Positions 1 through 14,269 of a stretch of DNA of 64,000 bases are shown in pieces. The first letter of the stretch is position 1; each line of letters starts with the position of its first letter. The DNA is from Camelus dromedarius (lineage: Eukaryota), in the NCBI RefSeq assembly GCF_036321535.1, contig NC_087436.1, forward strand, positions 60,018,001 through 60,082,000, written 5' to 3'. The notes under the pieces are model-generated. The model was not told the DNA's origin and made no database searches. It saw only the letters and a list, made by a program, of their open reading frames with translations. A program made the translations under genes and the position numbers.

Positions 1-560
1 TTGCCAAAGCATGTTAGGTTTCCTGGAATTTCTCCAGTGTGCCACACTTTCCTCTAAGAATTCCAATCTGTTAAACCATTTCCCTCACCTCACTAAACAC
101 TCATTATCCTTCATATAAAAACTTAAATGTTTTTCTCAGGAAGTCTTTTCTTGCCACCAAAATTGCTATATCCTTCCACTGCACACTGCTTTTCTTCTTC
201 CTTAACAATCATTTAAAAATAGAATTTGCCCATTAGGCCATATGCTACATAGTCCATGTTTGCTACCATAATCTTAGGGCTGATAGTACACCTTCATTAA
301 ATATTTGCTGGAAGTCAATCTTAGCGTGTAGAAAAAGTGGTGAGTATTGAAGCTTGGGAACTTTGTAAGTCATGTTAATAAAATTGAAATTTATAATGAA
401 GGTAATAGGGAATATCGAAAGTTTTAAAAAATATGTTCAGTGACCAATATCAGGTTGTCATGTCAGAATATCTCATGGGCAATGTGGAGAATGGATAAGA
501 GGTCAAACTTAAAGCAGGAGACAAGCATATGTAAGGAGAGAGACAAGATTAGTCCTCTGG
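1..560. mobile_element. Degraded L2 LINE fragments (plus-strand 3' end about 1-310, minus-strand piece about 330-560)
   Basis: L2-like 'tctcaggaagtcttttct...cattaaatatttgctgga' and 'gcaatgtggagaatggataagagg' motifs. Confidence 0.5.
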
Positions 561-983
561 CAGGAGTTACGATAATGTAGTTGGGAGAGCCCTGTTTTTG
601 TTGGGAAATGCTCTGCTAAACCATTTTAGAAGATGGAGTCCGTGCCCATAAACCAGCTGACACCTTGCCTGGAGAGTAGCCTGTAGATCTGCTTTGCATG
701 AATTAAAGAAGGGAAGAGGGAAAATCAGCCAGAATTTGGAGAATGTGGCTGTAGGGAAAAAAGTGAAGAAAGTCCAGAAAAGAGAGCCAAATGAAACTCT
801 TGAATACACTATTTACTTTCTCTCTCACGGGAACTAGATGATTACTTCACCTTGACTCCAAAATCTGAAATGAAGTCAACATTAGTCACGAAAGTTTTTA
901 TTTGATAGAAAAATTCTGTGCAGTGGGTAAGAGATGAAAAACTGAACAAGAACCTGAGATCTGCATCAAGGTTGGCACTGGGA

Positions 984-1014
984 CAAAAAAAACAAAAACA
1001 AAAACAAAAACAAA
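984..1014 (+). repeat. (CAAAAA)n simple repeat
   Basis: Directly visible. Confidence 0.85.
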
Positions 1015-2839
1015 GATGGCACCAATGGACACTGGGGCCAGAGAAAGGGCCTTAAAAACCAAGGGGGCAACTTACAGTTAGAGGAAAAGTGATGCTGGCC
1101 CTAATAAAGGCTGAAACAGAAATTGTGGAGAGAAAGGTGTAGAATCAAGAATATCTAAAAAGTAGAAACAATTAAAGCTAGTGACACTTAGTTTCAATTT
1201 TTTTAGTCTACATGATGCTGGTGTCATTCATCAGGCAATGAAAGAGAGAACAAATAAAAAGGCAGGGAGAATAAGGTTATTCTTGAATCCATTAAATCTA
1301 AAGCATATAACTGCATTGAATAAAATTGCTACTGGCCTGTTAAATACATATATCAATACATCGTGAGAGAGATTTGAAATGGAGGGAGAGACTTTGGGTT
1401 CAATATTTCTAACTGATGGTTGAAGTTGAGTTCTCTTATTTTCACAGAGTGATAAAAATGTAGAGAGACAAAAATGTAATCCTTAGTAACAGAAATCTCT
1501 TCTCTCAAGGGTAGTGTTTTTTATATGTGAGGATAATGAAGACAGGTAGGGCTAGGAAAAAATATAAATGCATGGATAAGCACAAAATAAAACATGCTAG
1601 ATATCTCATGTATACAAGTAGAGAATTATGAGTACTGGAGTTAGTACCATACTGAAGAAGATAAATGCTTTACCTCAAAATAATAAAACACTGTAAAAGC
1701 AAATATGATTCTGTTAAGCAAACCAGAATTGGGGGGGAGGTATTCTGGATTCTTTAAACGGAGGAGATCTGAAGTCAAAGATACACAGGTTGATACTTCT
1801 TCCCTATGAGTCTCTCAGATTCCTATTTTTTCTTATCTAAAACATTTTTTTTTAATTTAAGACACATTATACATAACTCTAAAAAAGAAAAACAAAATTG
1901 CTGTCAATCTAGGACACAATGCTGAAATATCTTAATTATGAACACATCAGCATCAGAGATACTAAAATGTGAAATAATGTGAATTTTTAAATCATTAAAA
2001 TATGTTATTAAAAAGAACCACCTGGCAAAATTAGTGATAATCTTTATTTCCATTTTCTTTAGAGTATTTTTATCGTTATTTCCCCTCAATAATATGTATT
2101 TTAATAATTTTCTGATCTATGAATACTCTAATGAGGGAGCAGGTCCAAATTATTACTGGTGCCAAGATATCAAAAAGCCCAGATCTTTCAGTGCATATGA
2201 GTAATGTTTAACTAGAAGACAAAAATCTCACAAGGAGACAAAAAAGACTTTTCAGGTCTCTTACCATCTTCAAATATGGACATATTTGCAATGACAAGCT
2301 GGTTTAACCCATTACTCAGGGAATATTTTTATATATCCTATCATTTTTAGGATGTTGAGAGTAGACTGTACTTGAGACAGAGTTTTAAAATATTTCAGTC
2401 CAGGAGAGATTTCCTCTTTCTATCTAAACCTCATTCAGAATATCCATTTGTAGCCCAAGCTTTTGTCCTCTTACCCAAAGTATGCCTCAAAATAAAGGTA
2501 TCAGAAAGTTAAGGCAGTTTGGTTAACAACCCCGTATCTGGTTCTGTGGGTTCTTCAGAGTGGGGATGGGGTCTAGTCTCCTGTTTAATCCAGGTTACTC
2601 TTGACTGCTGGCTGCGAGTGGACAACAAATCCTGATCAGAATCCTTCTTTTACTATTTACGGCGCAGAGTTCACCTGTGTCATCTTCAGAGTCTTACACG
2701 ATGTTACATGGCTGCTGCTCCATCAAATGATCCAGCAAAGAAAAAGGTCACTCAGCAGAAAGAAGAGGAAAATCTGACTTTTATGGATGGTGAGATGACG
2801 ACTTGATGTGTGATTATAACATCTCAACAACAGGGAAAA

Positions 2840-3356
2840 TCTGGATGGATCATGCCTCCACTTAAAAACGATCTATCCACTGTCTCCCTCAGTGGGGAAA
2901 TTGAGACCTAAAGCCACTAACTCCCAAATAGGTGACTGTCTATAGGAATACCATTTTACTATTTCACTGTCTTTGTTGGAATAAGTTAACTATTACAAAT
3001 AACTTCATTATTCGTTGCAGGGTTTTCCAAAGGCCTATCAATTCTTTAGGAAGCATCAACAGACAGCTTATGCCCTAAGAATCATTAAACTTTTCACCTT
3101 AAAATCCTTTTCTTGCTGCTTCCATAAATCTTACACTCTTGAAAATATTACATCATGATCTTTACTCAATTCCAATCAAGCCTTCAAATTGAAAGATCTG
3201 CCTTAAACCAAATTCAAAATCTCAATAAATCCTAACCTGTTCTTTTCCCTCAAAAAGATAACCAGAGTTCAGTGGAGGTGGCATTTTCCCCTCACTTTAG
3301 TAAGCAGTAAAGTGAGTGATTTCTTATTCAAAGGCTGGGGAGCCTGCGTTTGACAC
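2840..3356 (+). mobile_element. Old ERV1 (MER4-group; MER110/MER89/MER90-like) LTR fragment
   Basis: 3' end 'ggtggcattttcccctcactttagtaagcagtaaa...ggggagcctgcgtttgaca' resembles these LTRs and ends in CA; 5' boundary uncertain. Confidence 0.45.
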
Positions 3357-5469
3357 CAGTATCATGGCTCACTCAAATCTACTAACTACTCAGACAAGTC
3401 TTAGTCTTATTTAAGTTATCTTACTATCCTAAGATGTATGGTTATAGAGAAAAGTGGTCCTTATAAGAATGAGAGACCCCCTATTCCACTGTAAACTTCT
3501 GGAAACTTTGGTTAATGAGTTGGAGAAGCAGAACAAAAACGGGTTAAGATGCCATAGTGACACCTGATAAAATGATGCTATTAAGATCTTATAATCCAAG
3601 GGAAAGGAACTCTGCAATTGTTTTTAGTGTATACAATTACTTCATTTGTTGTAGTAGCGTGAATGTTCATTATTATTTCTCTCTTTTCTGCCTCAGGCAC
3701 TGTAGAAAATTTTATTTCATGTCAGTGGTTATTTTTCTTGTTGGTGAACAATTTTAAAAACATAAATATTCGACTTCCTCAGAAGAAAGACCAGCATTTG
3801 CTTTCTTAATTACTTGTTCGTTTGGATAGTGGCAGCTGATGCTGCTGGCATTATTCAAGCAATTGTACAGAGATGTCACCACATAATTGTAAAAGGCCAT
3901 GAAATTTTATATTGAGACACATATTTTCTTTCTAATTGCTTCAGAAAAATCACGCTGAATGAAAGAAATCTTTTCCTTTGCCTGTATCCTCTAATGAACT
4001 TGGGCCTTTGACTGCCCTTTTGCACAGCAGAAGAGAGTTTATAACGGCAGGAAATGCCACAATAGCAGGTTACAAGTAAATTCTATGACTTCATTAAGAC
4101 TGTTGTCATTTAATATTAAATTAGGTCAGAATGTGTAAACATTTTTCCACTACAGTTGATTAGATCTTAAAAATGGTTTCATCTAAAAGCCTTCTTTGTA
4201 GCTAAAGCAATCCTCTTGAAGTATAGCGAAGTCTGACAGGCAAAACAGCAGTCACTTTTAAACCCACAAATACAAATGATTTACTCTGTTGGCAACAATA
4301 ATAAAAATAATTTAATAGCAATTGTTCTTACTAACTGGAGCTAGTCAATTTCATATTAACAGGACTGTTTCTACCACAAACTAACTGTGTGACCTTGAAC
4401 AAGACCATTAACTCTGAATATTCATGGGGAGCAGAAGCAGAATTCATAATATCTGAAATTCTCTTTCATTTAGAGTCTTTCTTTTGTCATTTAAGGACTC
4501 CTTTTAACATCGTGAACTAAATACTAAAAACAATGCACCCAGGTGCATGTCATATTGAAAAACAGTAAGTTTAAAATTTAAAAAATGGGAATTGAAAGTG
4601 AAGAACCAAATTAACAAATTAACTAATTGGTCAGTGAATGAACTTATCAACCAAAAACAACAAATAAATAAAACCATTAAAATTTTGGACTATCAACCCT
4701 GAAAATAGATACTATGGATAATTGAATAGTCTTGAGTTTAACTTATATTGTGATCCCTATATCCTGCCAGTAGACTACAAATAAATTATTGCTTTTTAAA
4801 GAATGAAATTAGTAAGCCTTCTCACATACTCTTCTTATGTCTAGTCAGTCGTTTGCAAGAAGTTGGGGAAAAAGTATGGGGAGAAATATAAAAATTACAT
4901 GAAAAGCATTTTAAAATATATTCAAAATTTTGCAATCTGGAATCTTTATAAAATGATACTTTCTGGATAAAATTTATCAAGAACTAAGAAAATTTTCCTC
5001 TTAACATATTAAAGAGGAAAAAACCCAGTTCAGATAGATGTATTTCCTAAGAGAATAATATAGCTTACCATATGCAGAGTATGCAGAATATAACCTTTTT
5101 TTCTTGATGATTCAGGGCTATAATACTTTTTTTAAATGCAATAGAAAAATATACTGCAGTACAGTAATGCCTCATGACCTGCTGATGTGAATGGAGATGT
5201 CTGTTCTTACATCAAACGACCCCATACTATTTCTTCTGCCTTATGACTGTCTACTTTTCAAAGCTTTTTTGCCTTTTCTTTTGCTTTTTTGCTAGTGGTA
5301 CTTATTTTTCACCACATCCAATGTGCCTGTTTGAAGCAACCCTTTTCTAAGATGTTACTATGATTTTCAGCGGCCTTAGAAAATATATAACCAAATACAT
5401 TAGAATCGTACTATGTAAAATTAGAAGCAGCAAGATATCCAGAAAGATAGTGAAAAAATCCTATCATTT

Positions 5470-5660
5470 AATGTTAAGATCTGGGTTAATACCGGCTATA
5501 TGAACTTCAGTAAGTTTTTAACCACAGAGTATTTGCTTCCTCTACTGTACTTGGGATATATTAACACCTATTTCAGAGTGTTATTGTGATAATTTGATGA
5601 GATAACATATTTGAAATCCCTTGTAAACTATAAAGCTGAATACAAATGTATGACAGGGTT
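5470..5660 (+). mobile_element. MIR SINE
   Basis: MIR core-like 'cacctatttcagagtgttattgtgataatttgatgagataacatatttgaaa...ctataaagc'. Confidence 0.65.
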
Positions 5661-5682
5661 ACTATCATCATTATCAGAACAA

Positions 5683-5701
5683 GACTGCCATCTAATGGCC
5701 A
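5683..5701 (-). promoter_or_regulatory. Candidate CTCF core motif
   Basis: Minus strand TGGCCATTAGATGGCAGTC resembles the CTCF core consensus. Confidence 0.45.
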
Positions 5702-5929
5702 CCAAACAGATAATAGGTACTCCAAGCCTTTTGAGGCAGAAATGAGAAAGAGCAACAGCACCAGGACATGAAGCCTATGAAATGACAACTGATGTCACAA
5801 TTCTGTTCTCACTATAGTATTACTCAAACACTGTGTTACCAAAGAATATTTTGCACTTTTATTATAACTGCTTCTTCTAGTAACTAACCTTCACTGAGAG
5901 CTCTGTTTTGTGAAAACACTAGGTAGCAT

Positions 5930-6185
5930 GAAGTCACCACAGTATAATTTAAACCCTAGTTCTGCCATTACTGGCTCTGTAATCCTGGACCAATAACGAT
6001 ACTTTTCTGGGTCTTCATTCCTTCATCTATAAAGCAAGAATAATCATTTCTAGATAGTTTTTAGAATTATGGGGTAATTCAAAGTGCTTACAAATTATGG
6101 CTTACAAACAAAGCAAAACCAGAAATGGCTAAGTGTCTAGACCAGCGCTTGGGACAGCATAGATGCTCCAGTAAAATATAAGTGA
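5930..6185 (+). mobile_element. MIR SINE
   Basis: 'ccctagttctgccattactggctctgtaatcctggac...ttccttcatctataaagcaagaataat'. Confidence 0.7.
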
Positions 6186-6739
6186 ATTTCAGCTTCTTGC
6201 ATGAAGTGAAAGGCAAAAATATATAAGTGATGCCCATAACTGAGTAAGTTAATAGGAAGAAGAGTCAGTCTGAAACAAAAGCTTCAGTGTACTTGTTATT
6301 CTAAAATTTATATAAATTAATTTTATTAGTCAAAAGAATCATAATGATTAAACACAGAGCAAAGTTAACAAAACTTTGTTTGAGTTCCCTTGGGACATCC
6401 ATTACCTATAATATTTTATCACTCAAAGTTTAAATTATCTTAAATGTGAAAGAGGTCATTTACCTGGCACATAGATTTAATAAATGCTACTTATCATTGT
6501 TCTGTGATTTTATTTAATGCCATAATTGTGTAAGTTTGATGATAGTCACAACATTCATTTTGTGGTATTCTATACTTAAAATTTGAGAAATACTACACTT
6601 GCAATTGTGGTTGAGAGCCTCCACTAAGAGACTGAAAACGTCATCAAAACTGGCAAGATCAAATTCCTATTAATCCTCAGGTACATCATATTTTATCATG
6701 CATACTGCATAAATAGTATTAGCTATAATTCTTAAAACA

Positions 6740-6950
6740 TTGCATGCCAAACATATGACAATACATTCTGTTATGCTTTATTATTCCTCACAACAAACTT
6801 ATGATGTAGGTACTTTTATTGTCCCCATTTTCAGATGAGAAAGCAAAGCTCAGAGAGATTCAGTAATTTGTTTATGTTTACACAGCCTGACTGTGGCTAA
6901 GATTTGTCTAACTCCAGAGTCCAGATGTTCAGCTACTAAGTTATTCTTCC
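6740..6950 (-). mobile_element. MIR SINE
   Basis: 'cctcacaacaaacttatgatgtaggtacttttattgtccccattttcagatgagaaagcaaagctcagagag'. Confidence 0.8.
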
Positions 6951-7939
6951 AAAATTAAGTGTCATGTTTCTTAGCTTTATATAATCAGACTGAATATATC
7001 TTACACACACACAGTTTTTATGATCCAGACATACCAAAGCTTGTAAAAACTTATAGTTGATGTTTATAATTTTCCCTGTGTGAATGTTGTTGCAATTTGT
7101 ACATTACCATTCAGATTAGCAAAGCCACTAGGGTTTCATCTCAGCTCTGCTGTGCTATTATCCATTAAAAATTAATAACAAAAATTACCTCTTTAATTAA
7201 TAGGCACAGGAGGACTTCCTAACTCACTGCAGAATTTTATAGTGCTTGTTCATCAAACTCAAAATAATTTAACAACTACCTAATTAATTCCTAATTGATA
7301 TCATTGGGCCATTACTTCCCCATTTGCATCTGGACATATAGCAAGCGACAATGCCCTAGGTGTTTTTAGATATAATGTCCAAAATAAACTAACAAAAACA
7401 ACTTAAAGTTTCTTCACCCAGTCATCCAAATGACCATTACATTATTTTCATCAAAGAATGATAAATAATTAAAATGTATTTTCAATTGAGTAACTCATCT
7501 GCAAATTGTAAACATCAAATTTAATACAAAGGAATAGCCTAGCTTTCTCTCTGAACATTAATAATTTGGGTTAATAAGTTTTACAATATTTAACACAGAA
7601 ATTTATTGTTTCTCTGAAAAATTGCTATTTTAAATATGTTGTGGTATTTTGGACACAACTAATATTTAAAAAAAAATGTTTTCATGCATCTAATTACACT
7701 GATTTGAACACAAGGAAATGTATCACGGATTATAAGCAAAGTGACTTAATTTATTTTTGAATAACTAGTACTAACAAATCACCATTTAATATGTTACACA
7801 GATAACAAAAATTCAAATCAGAAGGCATATTTAAAAATATATATAATAATGATGAAGCATTTAGAAATTAAGAACTACAAAAAATAACCAGTGACAGGAC
7901 AAATTCTTTGACAAGAAATTAAAGAGTTCAAGATAAGTA

Positions 7940-8290
7940 TGCAAATTGTACCGGGCTCCTACTTTATTCTAGGCAACTGTGAAAGGCACTTCACGTGTAA
8001 ATATGTCATCCATTTGGGTAGGATAATATTTTGAGATAGATATTTTTATTGCCAATTGACAAATGAGGGGAAAGGGCTCAGAAAGACTGGATCACTTGCC
8101 AAAGGCTACTGTGGCAAAGTTGCTCTTCTAACTTAGCTGTGTCTGTCTCCAAACTGCCTGCTCTCTTTTGATATTAATTTGTGGCCTCTTTAATTTGAAT
8201 GGATCTTTAAAATGCAATTTCCTCTCAGAGAGCTACTGTGAAGATAACTTGAGATAGTTTAGAAAAGAGCATGGCTTATTGTAGGCATCC
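7940..8290. mobile_element. Two MIR fragments (minus about 7940-8165, plus about 8200-8290)
   Basis: 'gacaaatgaggggaaagggctcagaaag...cacttgccaaaggc' and 'cctctcagagagctactgtgaagataacttgagata'. Confidence 0.6.
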
Positions 8291-9073
8291 AGTTTTCCTC
8301 CCACTCCTAGTATTAACAAAAAGTGTCAAGGAAAGAATTGGAGAAATAGTATTTTAATGAATATGTTCCAAACAGGTAACACCAAGATGTGTTTCAGCCT
8401 TCTTTCCTTTTAGCTTTAACTCATGTAGTTAATGATTATGCTTCACTGTCAAATTAGCCAGGTGTATGTTTCCCATCAGCTTCTGCCACTATGAAGATAA
8501 CACCAGAGGCAGCCTCAACAGCCATGTGACCTTGTTCTAGTTTATTGTGCAAAAGAACAGCTACAGACTAAATGCTCCAAAACCAAAACTCAAATTCTTA
8601 TTCTTTATTGAATAGTATGCACTGTTTGATATTTAACTGGTGTTTTGATTGCATCTATTTGTAGAAAACATCTTATTCAGTTACATAACAGTTAAATACT
8701 TTGCAAACAGTTCATTTTGGAGGACTCATCAAGAAGTAACACTGCTTCATATTAGATATTCTATCAGGCTTTATGGTAATTACCTTATGTCTGAAGAAAA
8801 TGCTTGACAACATTTACTTTATTTTCACCATTAAAATTATCCTAGGAATATGAACTATGGATGAGGAACTAGATTTTATTTTTGGATTAAGCAAGATCTT
8901 TATAAAGCTCCCAGCTTTTGCTACACTGATGTGTCACCATTTAGAAATTCTTCTCTGAACTGGTAGCATGATGCCACCAGCTTGTACTGAAAGAAGTTGC
9001 TGAGGAAACTATTCTTGATGTCAGATCATTTATACTTTATAAAGACATGTGAGCAAAATATCTTTCAGTTCTT

Positions 9074-9202
9074 TTGGTGGGGGGAGTAGGTAATTAGATT
9101 TATTTATTTATTTTTAGAGGAGATACTGGGAATTGAACCCAGGACCTTGTACATGCTAAGAAGCATGTGCTGTATCACTTGAGCTATACTATACCCTCCC
9201 CC
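9074..9202 (-). mobile_element. Camelid tRNA-derived SINE (Vic-1 type) with target-site duplication
   Basis: Minus strand GGGGAGGGTATAGTATAGCTCAAGTG...GGTCCTGGGTTCAATTCCCAG (A and B boxes), tail AAATAAATAAATCTAATTACCTACTCCCCCC. Flanking repeats tctttcagttctt (9061-9073) and tctgtcagttctt (9206-9218). Confidence 0.85.
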
Positions 9203-12149
9203 TCTTCTGTCAGTTCTTAGTATCAAGAATTCCTTCATTTTAAAAAAATGCATTAGCTGATTGATTGAATGATTCACAGTATATAGTTTTAATAATGCAA
9301 TTGGTTCTGTTTCTTTCTTCACATATGCTAGCAGTATACTCCAACTAGCATTTTTGGCTCTCTGTGGTAATACTTGTGCTCTAAACTGACCTGTGGCTTC
9401 ATCTTATTTTTCATATCTTTCTTTTATCATTATCCTGTTTTTCTCAAATGATTATTTTGCAAGATGTTTAAATTAATAGAAAAAATTCCTAAACACAAAA
9501 ATGTAAAACTACATGAAGAAAAATTCAGCCAAAATATACTTCCGGTATTTCTCCTTCGACAAATTATATAGTTCATAACATGTATTTCGGTGTAAAGAAA
9601 ATGTTAAGGTCACTTATCTGAGTCTTAGTCATACTAAATGCTAGTAAATTTTGTTACTGCTTTAATTTTTCAAAAGACTGTTGAGGTATATCTAACCAAC
9701 ATCACTGCTAACATCTTGCATGACTCAATTTGTGGCAAAAACATGAATAAAAGAGTGATGAGAGATATAAAATATGAGAAGAGTCCCTAATATTTTTAAG
9801 TTTATCAATGTATAAATGATAGTATCTCATATTTTTAAATTAAAAAAAACTGTGGTCATATGTGCATTATAAATGATTTATTAAATAGAGAAATAATAAA
9901 TATAATATTTTACCACAGGGAAAATGGAATGTCTGGTATTAAACAAATTGATAATCTTGTATTTAAATATGATGCATATTAGTTGTTCAAAAAAATATTT
10001 TCCAGAAAAGTAACTTAAGCATTAATTTAAGAAAACATACTAGACATCTGGAAGGTTTATCCATAGGCTTTTAAATGTAAAATCATAGCTTAGAATTTAC
10101 AAAAATATTAGATAATGCCAAGATCAGAATAAATTATTCAGAATAGTTGCTTTTATTTTTTTTTCCTTAAAGCAAGTCTCTTTTGGCAACTCATTTTGAA
10201 TTCAGACACTTTTCTTTCATTGAAATTGTCCTTTCTTGCTTTCATTAAACAAAAAGATAATATCTACTTATTGCACTTTTAAACAAATATTTTATTTGTA
10301 CTATAATGTGTTCATACTACCTCTTTTCTTTAGCAAGAAAGTATGTTCATTTAGGACTCCATAGGTATATTTATATATTCAAAGAATTCATGGAATTTTA
10401 TTCAAATTGTTCACAGCACTGGTCAAAAACAAACTTTTAAAAATCTAACTGCAAACTTATAATTCATTTTTAGATGAAAATGCAGATAGCAAAGAATGAA
10501 ATAACATACATATTAAAAGATGTCCAAAATTATTATGACTACAGTAATAGCAGTCTTTATGTAGCACAAGTCATAAGCACAAAATGCAACAACAACATGA
10601 TGAAATACACAGATGTATATTCAAATGTAGAAGTATATGAGCATTTGTATGACACAGACTTTGAACCACACAACTCTTTTGCTTATGCTATTCTGATATT
10701 TCACTTGGCTGGTTGATATGCTTTAACTCATATTGTTTATACTGCAAGTAGTGTATCTTTCAACAGTAGTTAATATATGAATATTAACATATATACATTT
10801 ATTATGCATTCCATTGGCCTTTAGAATGCCTATTTGCATGTTAAATTGCTCAATATAAAGTGTCCAATATACATTTGGAAAAAAATGCAGAAAAAAATTT
10901 TAAATTACAGATTTTCAAGTTTTGTCCAGAAAAACTGATTTCTTAATTAAAGGTAATTGATTTTCTGTAAAAAGAAAATGATTGAACTTCACTAATTTTT
11001 GTTTTTATTTTCAATTCATCTTTTTCATTATACACATGTCCAAAGGTGACTGACTATGTTTTAAATAAAGTCACATTAACAGATATCAATTGAGCATCTA
11101 CCATGTACTAATTACTGTAGTAAAAAAGAACAGCAGAATTCCTACACTTTCAATACATGGTTTCTCTAGTCTTTGCAAATCTAACCATCAGTAATTATAT
11201 ATTAAACTAGTAAAATTTATATATGCCACACATGACAATTATTAGAAACATCTGACTTAATATTTTAAAAACAAAAATACTTCTCTGGTCTTTCACAAAA
11301 CTCATCTTGGCCATTATAGTAAACTTCATTATAAATTGCTATAAATCTTTGCTTTAATAAGACCTTATACCCCCAAATTAATGTTTTGTTCTAATGAAGT
11401 TTTTAAAAACCCTCTATGATTTTCAATAATGTAAGTAGTAGAATTTAATTGTATCATTATTTTAGTTTTCAGACTTTTGAAAATCACTTTTATTTAAACC
11501 ATCATTTTAGAATGTTTAGCATTAATGAGCTTTTTATCAATATCAAATATCAATAATGAGCTTCTTACATTTTGAGAAAGCCTTTAATTATGTTTCTTAA
11601 AAAAGAAAATAAATTGTGTCAAACCAATTTAACCAGAAGTTCTTCTTTCTGAGCTTATATATATAAACAGATATTTGTGGCTTTTTTAAAAACCCATATT
11701 GTGGCATCCAAAGCGAAATTGGTTTTCAAAAAACACTTTATTAAGTAACATTAAACAAACCCAAGTCACTTTAAGGAATATCTCATTTATTAGGACTGTA
11801 TTTCACATATGCAAAGTAGCATCATTTATCTTATGAACAACTTTGTTAACTCAGTTGATGCATAAAGTACCCTATTTCTGGCTTCAACGAAGTTATCTGC
11901 ACGTTGAAACTGACTCTGGAGATTCATCATACTTGTTATATCATTTTTTTTATAATAAACTAATGAAGTACAAAACACTCATTATTTTATAAAAGAGAAA
12001 CTAAAGTTTACAAATGTTCATTTTTGTTCCAAAGCAAATAAATTGAGCTAACTCTTTATAATTTTAAGTCATCCTTTGCTCTATCATGATTGCTTACCAA
12101 ACATAACTGAAATTGCTGTTATTTATAATTCTGTTTATTACTTGGTTTT

Positions 12150-13160
12150 ATTTTTATTGTGAAAAATCTTTAAAATACACAAAATAGAGAAAATACTACA
12201 ATTAAGCAATGAAACTTATGCCTCCAGCACTTACTGCCCAGCTTTGATAATTTTCAATGATTTCCCAGCTTTGTTTCATCTATTTCCTCCTCTATACTTG
12301 TTGATAAAGCAAATCACAGATACCATATTGTTTCAACCACACACATTTCTATAATGTGTTTTCTTTAAAAGACAAAACCAAAGAAAAATATTCAACACCC
12401 CCCAAAAAGTAATTCTGTGATAATAATTCCATCACTACTCAAACTTCTTTGAGAATTCAGAAATATATTTGTATAGTGTTTTTATGTTTTGCCAACACAC
12501 GGGTCACATTGCATTTACCACTTTCATCATGTCATTTTTTGTTGTTGTTAAAGAAACCAGACCATTTATCCTGTAGAATTCTCTACATCCTATATTTGTT
12601 TGCCTGAAATCCCATCATGCCATTTAGCATTCCCTCTCCCCTCATTCCAACCTCTCCTGTAAAATCATGGTTTAATTAAGAGACTTAGATTAAAGTACTT
12701 GTGGGCAGGAGTGGTGTTGCTGTGTACTTCTCTAGTCATTGCATTAAGAGGGACAAAATGACTAGTTGTTACACTTACAGTGCCATTAGAGATCAATGAT
12801 TTTAGGTACTGCCAGTCTGATCCATTATTGCAAAGTTCTCCATTGATAGTATATCTTTACAATCATGCCATAGCACATAAAGACATCAACATTATTCCTT
12901 TTAAAGACTGCTTAGTACACCATTGTACATTCAACAAATGTTCTGTTAAAGGATATTTGAGGTGTTTCCACCATTTTGTTTTTGCAAATATTTTGCAACA
13001 AATAGCTATTTGCATATATTATTTTGTATATTTCCATTGTTTTAGGATTGAATTTCTAGATGTTGGATAGCTGGATCTAAAGGCAAATGTATGTATAGTT
13101 TCCCTAGATATTGACAAATCTCCCACCAAAAAAGTATACATTGCCACCAAGTGTAATTCT
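12150..13160 (-). mobile_element. Ancient L1 (L1ME/L1MC-like) 3' region
   Basis: Antisense L1 3'UTR and ORF2-end motifs, e.g. 'ggatatttgaggtgtttccacc', 'ggatagctggatctaaaggcaaatgtatgtatagtttccctagatattgacaaat'. Confidence 0.6.
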
Positions 13161-14269
13161 TTAAAGATAAATACACATGAATGCCAAAATTATATAAGGT
13201 ATCTGCATAAAAGTGAGAAAAATCTACATTTTCAAAAGAGTATCTGTCATATCAACTGCAGGAAGAATGTCTCAAGAAATGGTTATTGTAAATTCATATT
13301 TAACCAGAAAAAAAAGTTTTAAGTAGTTTCTTTTTGATATTAGCCTAAAATAGAATGTAAGAAAGTATAAATATTGTTATTTCTCTTTTTAAACAATTGT
13401 TAATATGATACTACTTATAATATAAAAATACTGCATAAACAAAAATTCATCATAAAATATTACAGCTGGAAAAAATCTTAGAGATTATGCCTAACTCCTG
13501 AAAGTTCAATACATGAACAATAAAGTCCAAGAGATTGATTTTCTCAAATGTATTCACTAAGACTCATGATTTTAAAGCTCAAGTTTAATGTTACTTCTAC
13601 TTTAACAGGAAAATAGTATGTTAAAGGTTTTATTAGCAGTAAAAAAATAAGTAAAACTTGCCTTTTTAGTCAAATATCTAAATTTGAAAAATTAATTCCT
13701 ATTTCCTACTTCAAAGAGAGTAATTTTGATATTTGAAGACATTGTACTCTATGCTTTAATAAAAATTTAAACTATTACAAATACAATGGGGCTCCCTTCT
13801 TAATTCATTCAGCAATAATTTATTTATCTTACACTATAACTATGTGTATGTATGTGTTTATGAGTATGTGTTTGTGATTGCTACTGGTGATTATTAATTT
13901 TGAGGTCAACCTTACTGCATCAACACTAACTTTCACAGTTATTACTGAGGTAGCTTAAGATTTGAAAGCGTAAATCTAGATCCACAAAACTTTCATTTGG
14001 TTGTATTATAAACAAAAATGGGGTTGTAATTGTTTTATAGTTTTTTTTTTCCTTTTATAATTATCTTCCAACAGAATTTACATTTCCATAATAGATTTAA
14101 GACCACCAGAATCATGGGTCCAGGGTACCTACCATGTGCCTTGCACACAGAATATACAAACTGGGGATAGAAAATACTGAATGCAGCCTAAATAATATTT
14201 AGCTTGTCAATGGAAGCCAAATGACTAGGAACAGAGTTGTATGATACTATGCATTTATTCAACACTTAC

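Larger units (their letters stand above)
1..14269 (-). other. CCSER1: CCSER1 intron downstream of the 94-nt exon
   Basis: Follows the GTAAGT donor; next exon not seen in the window. Confidence 0.75.

Noticed and set aside
9104..9202. tRNA gene
   Set aside because: A/B boxes belong to a SINE with A-rich tail and TSD; no intact cloverleaf.
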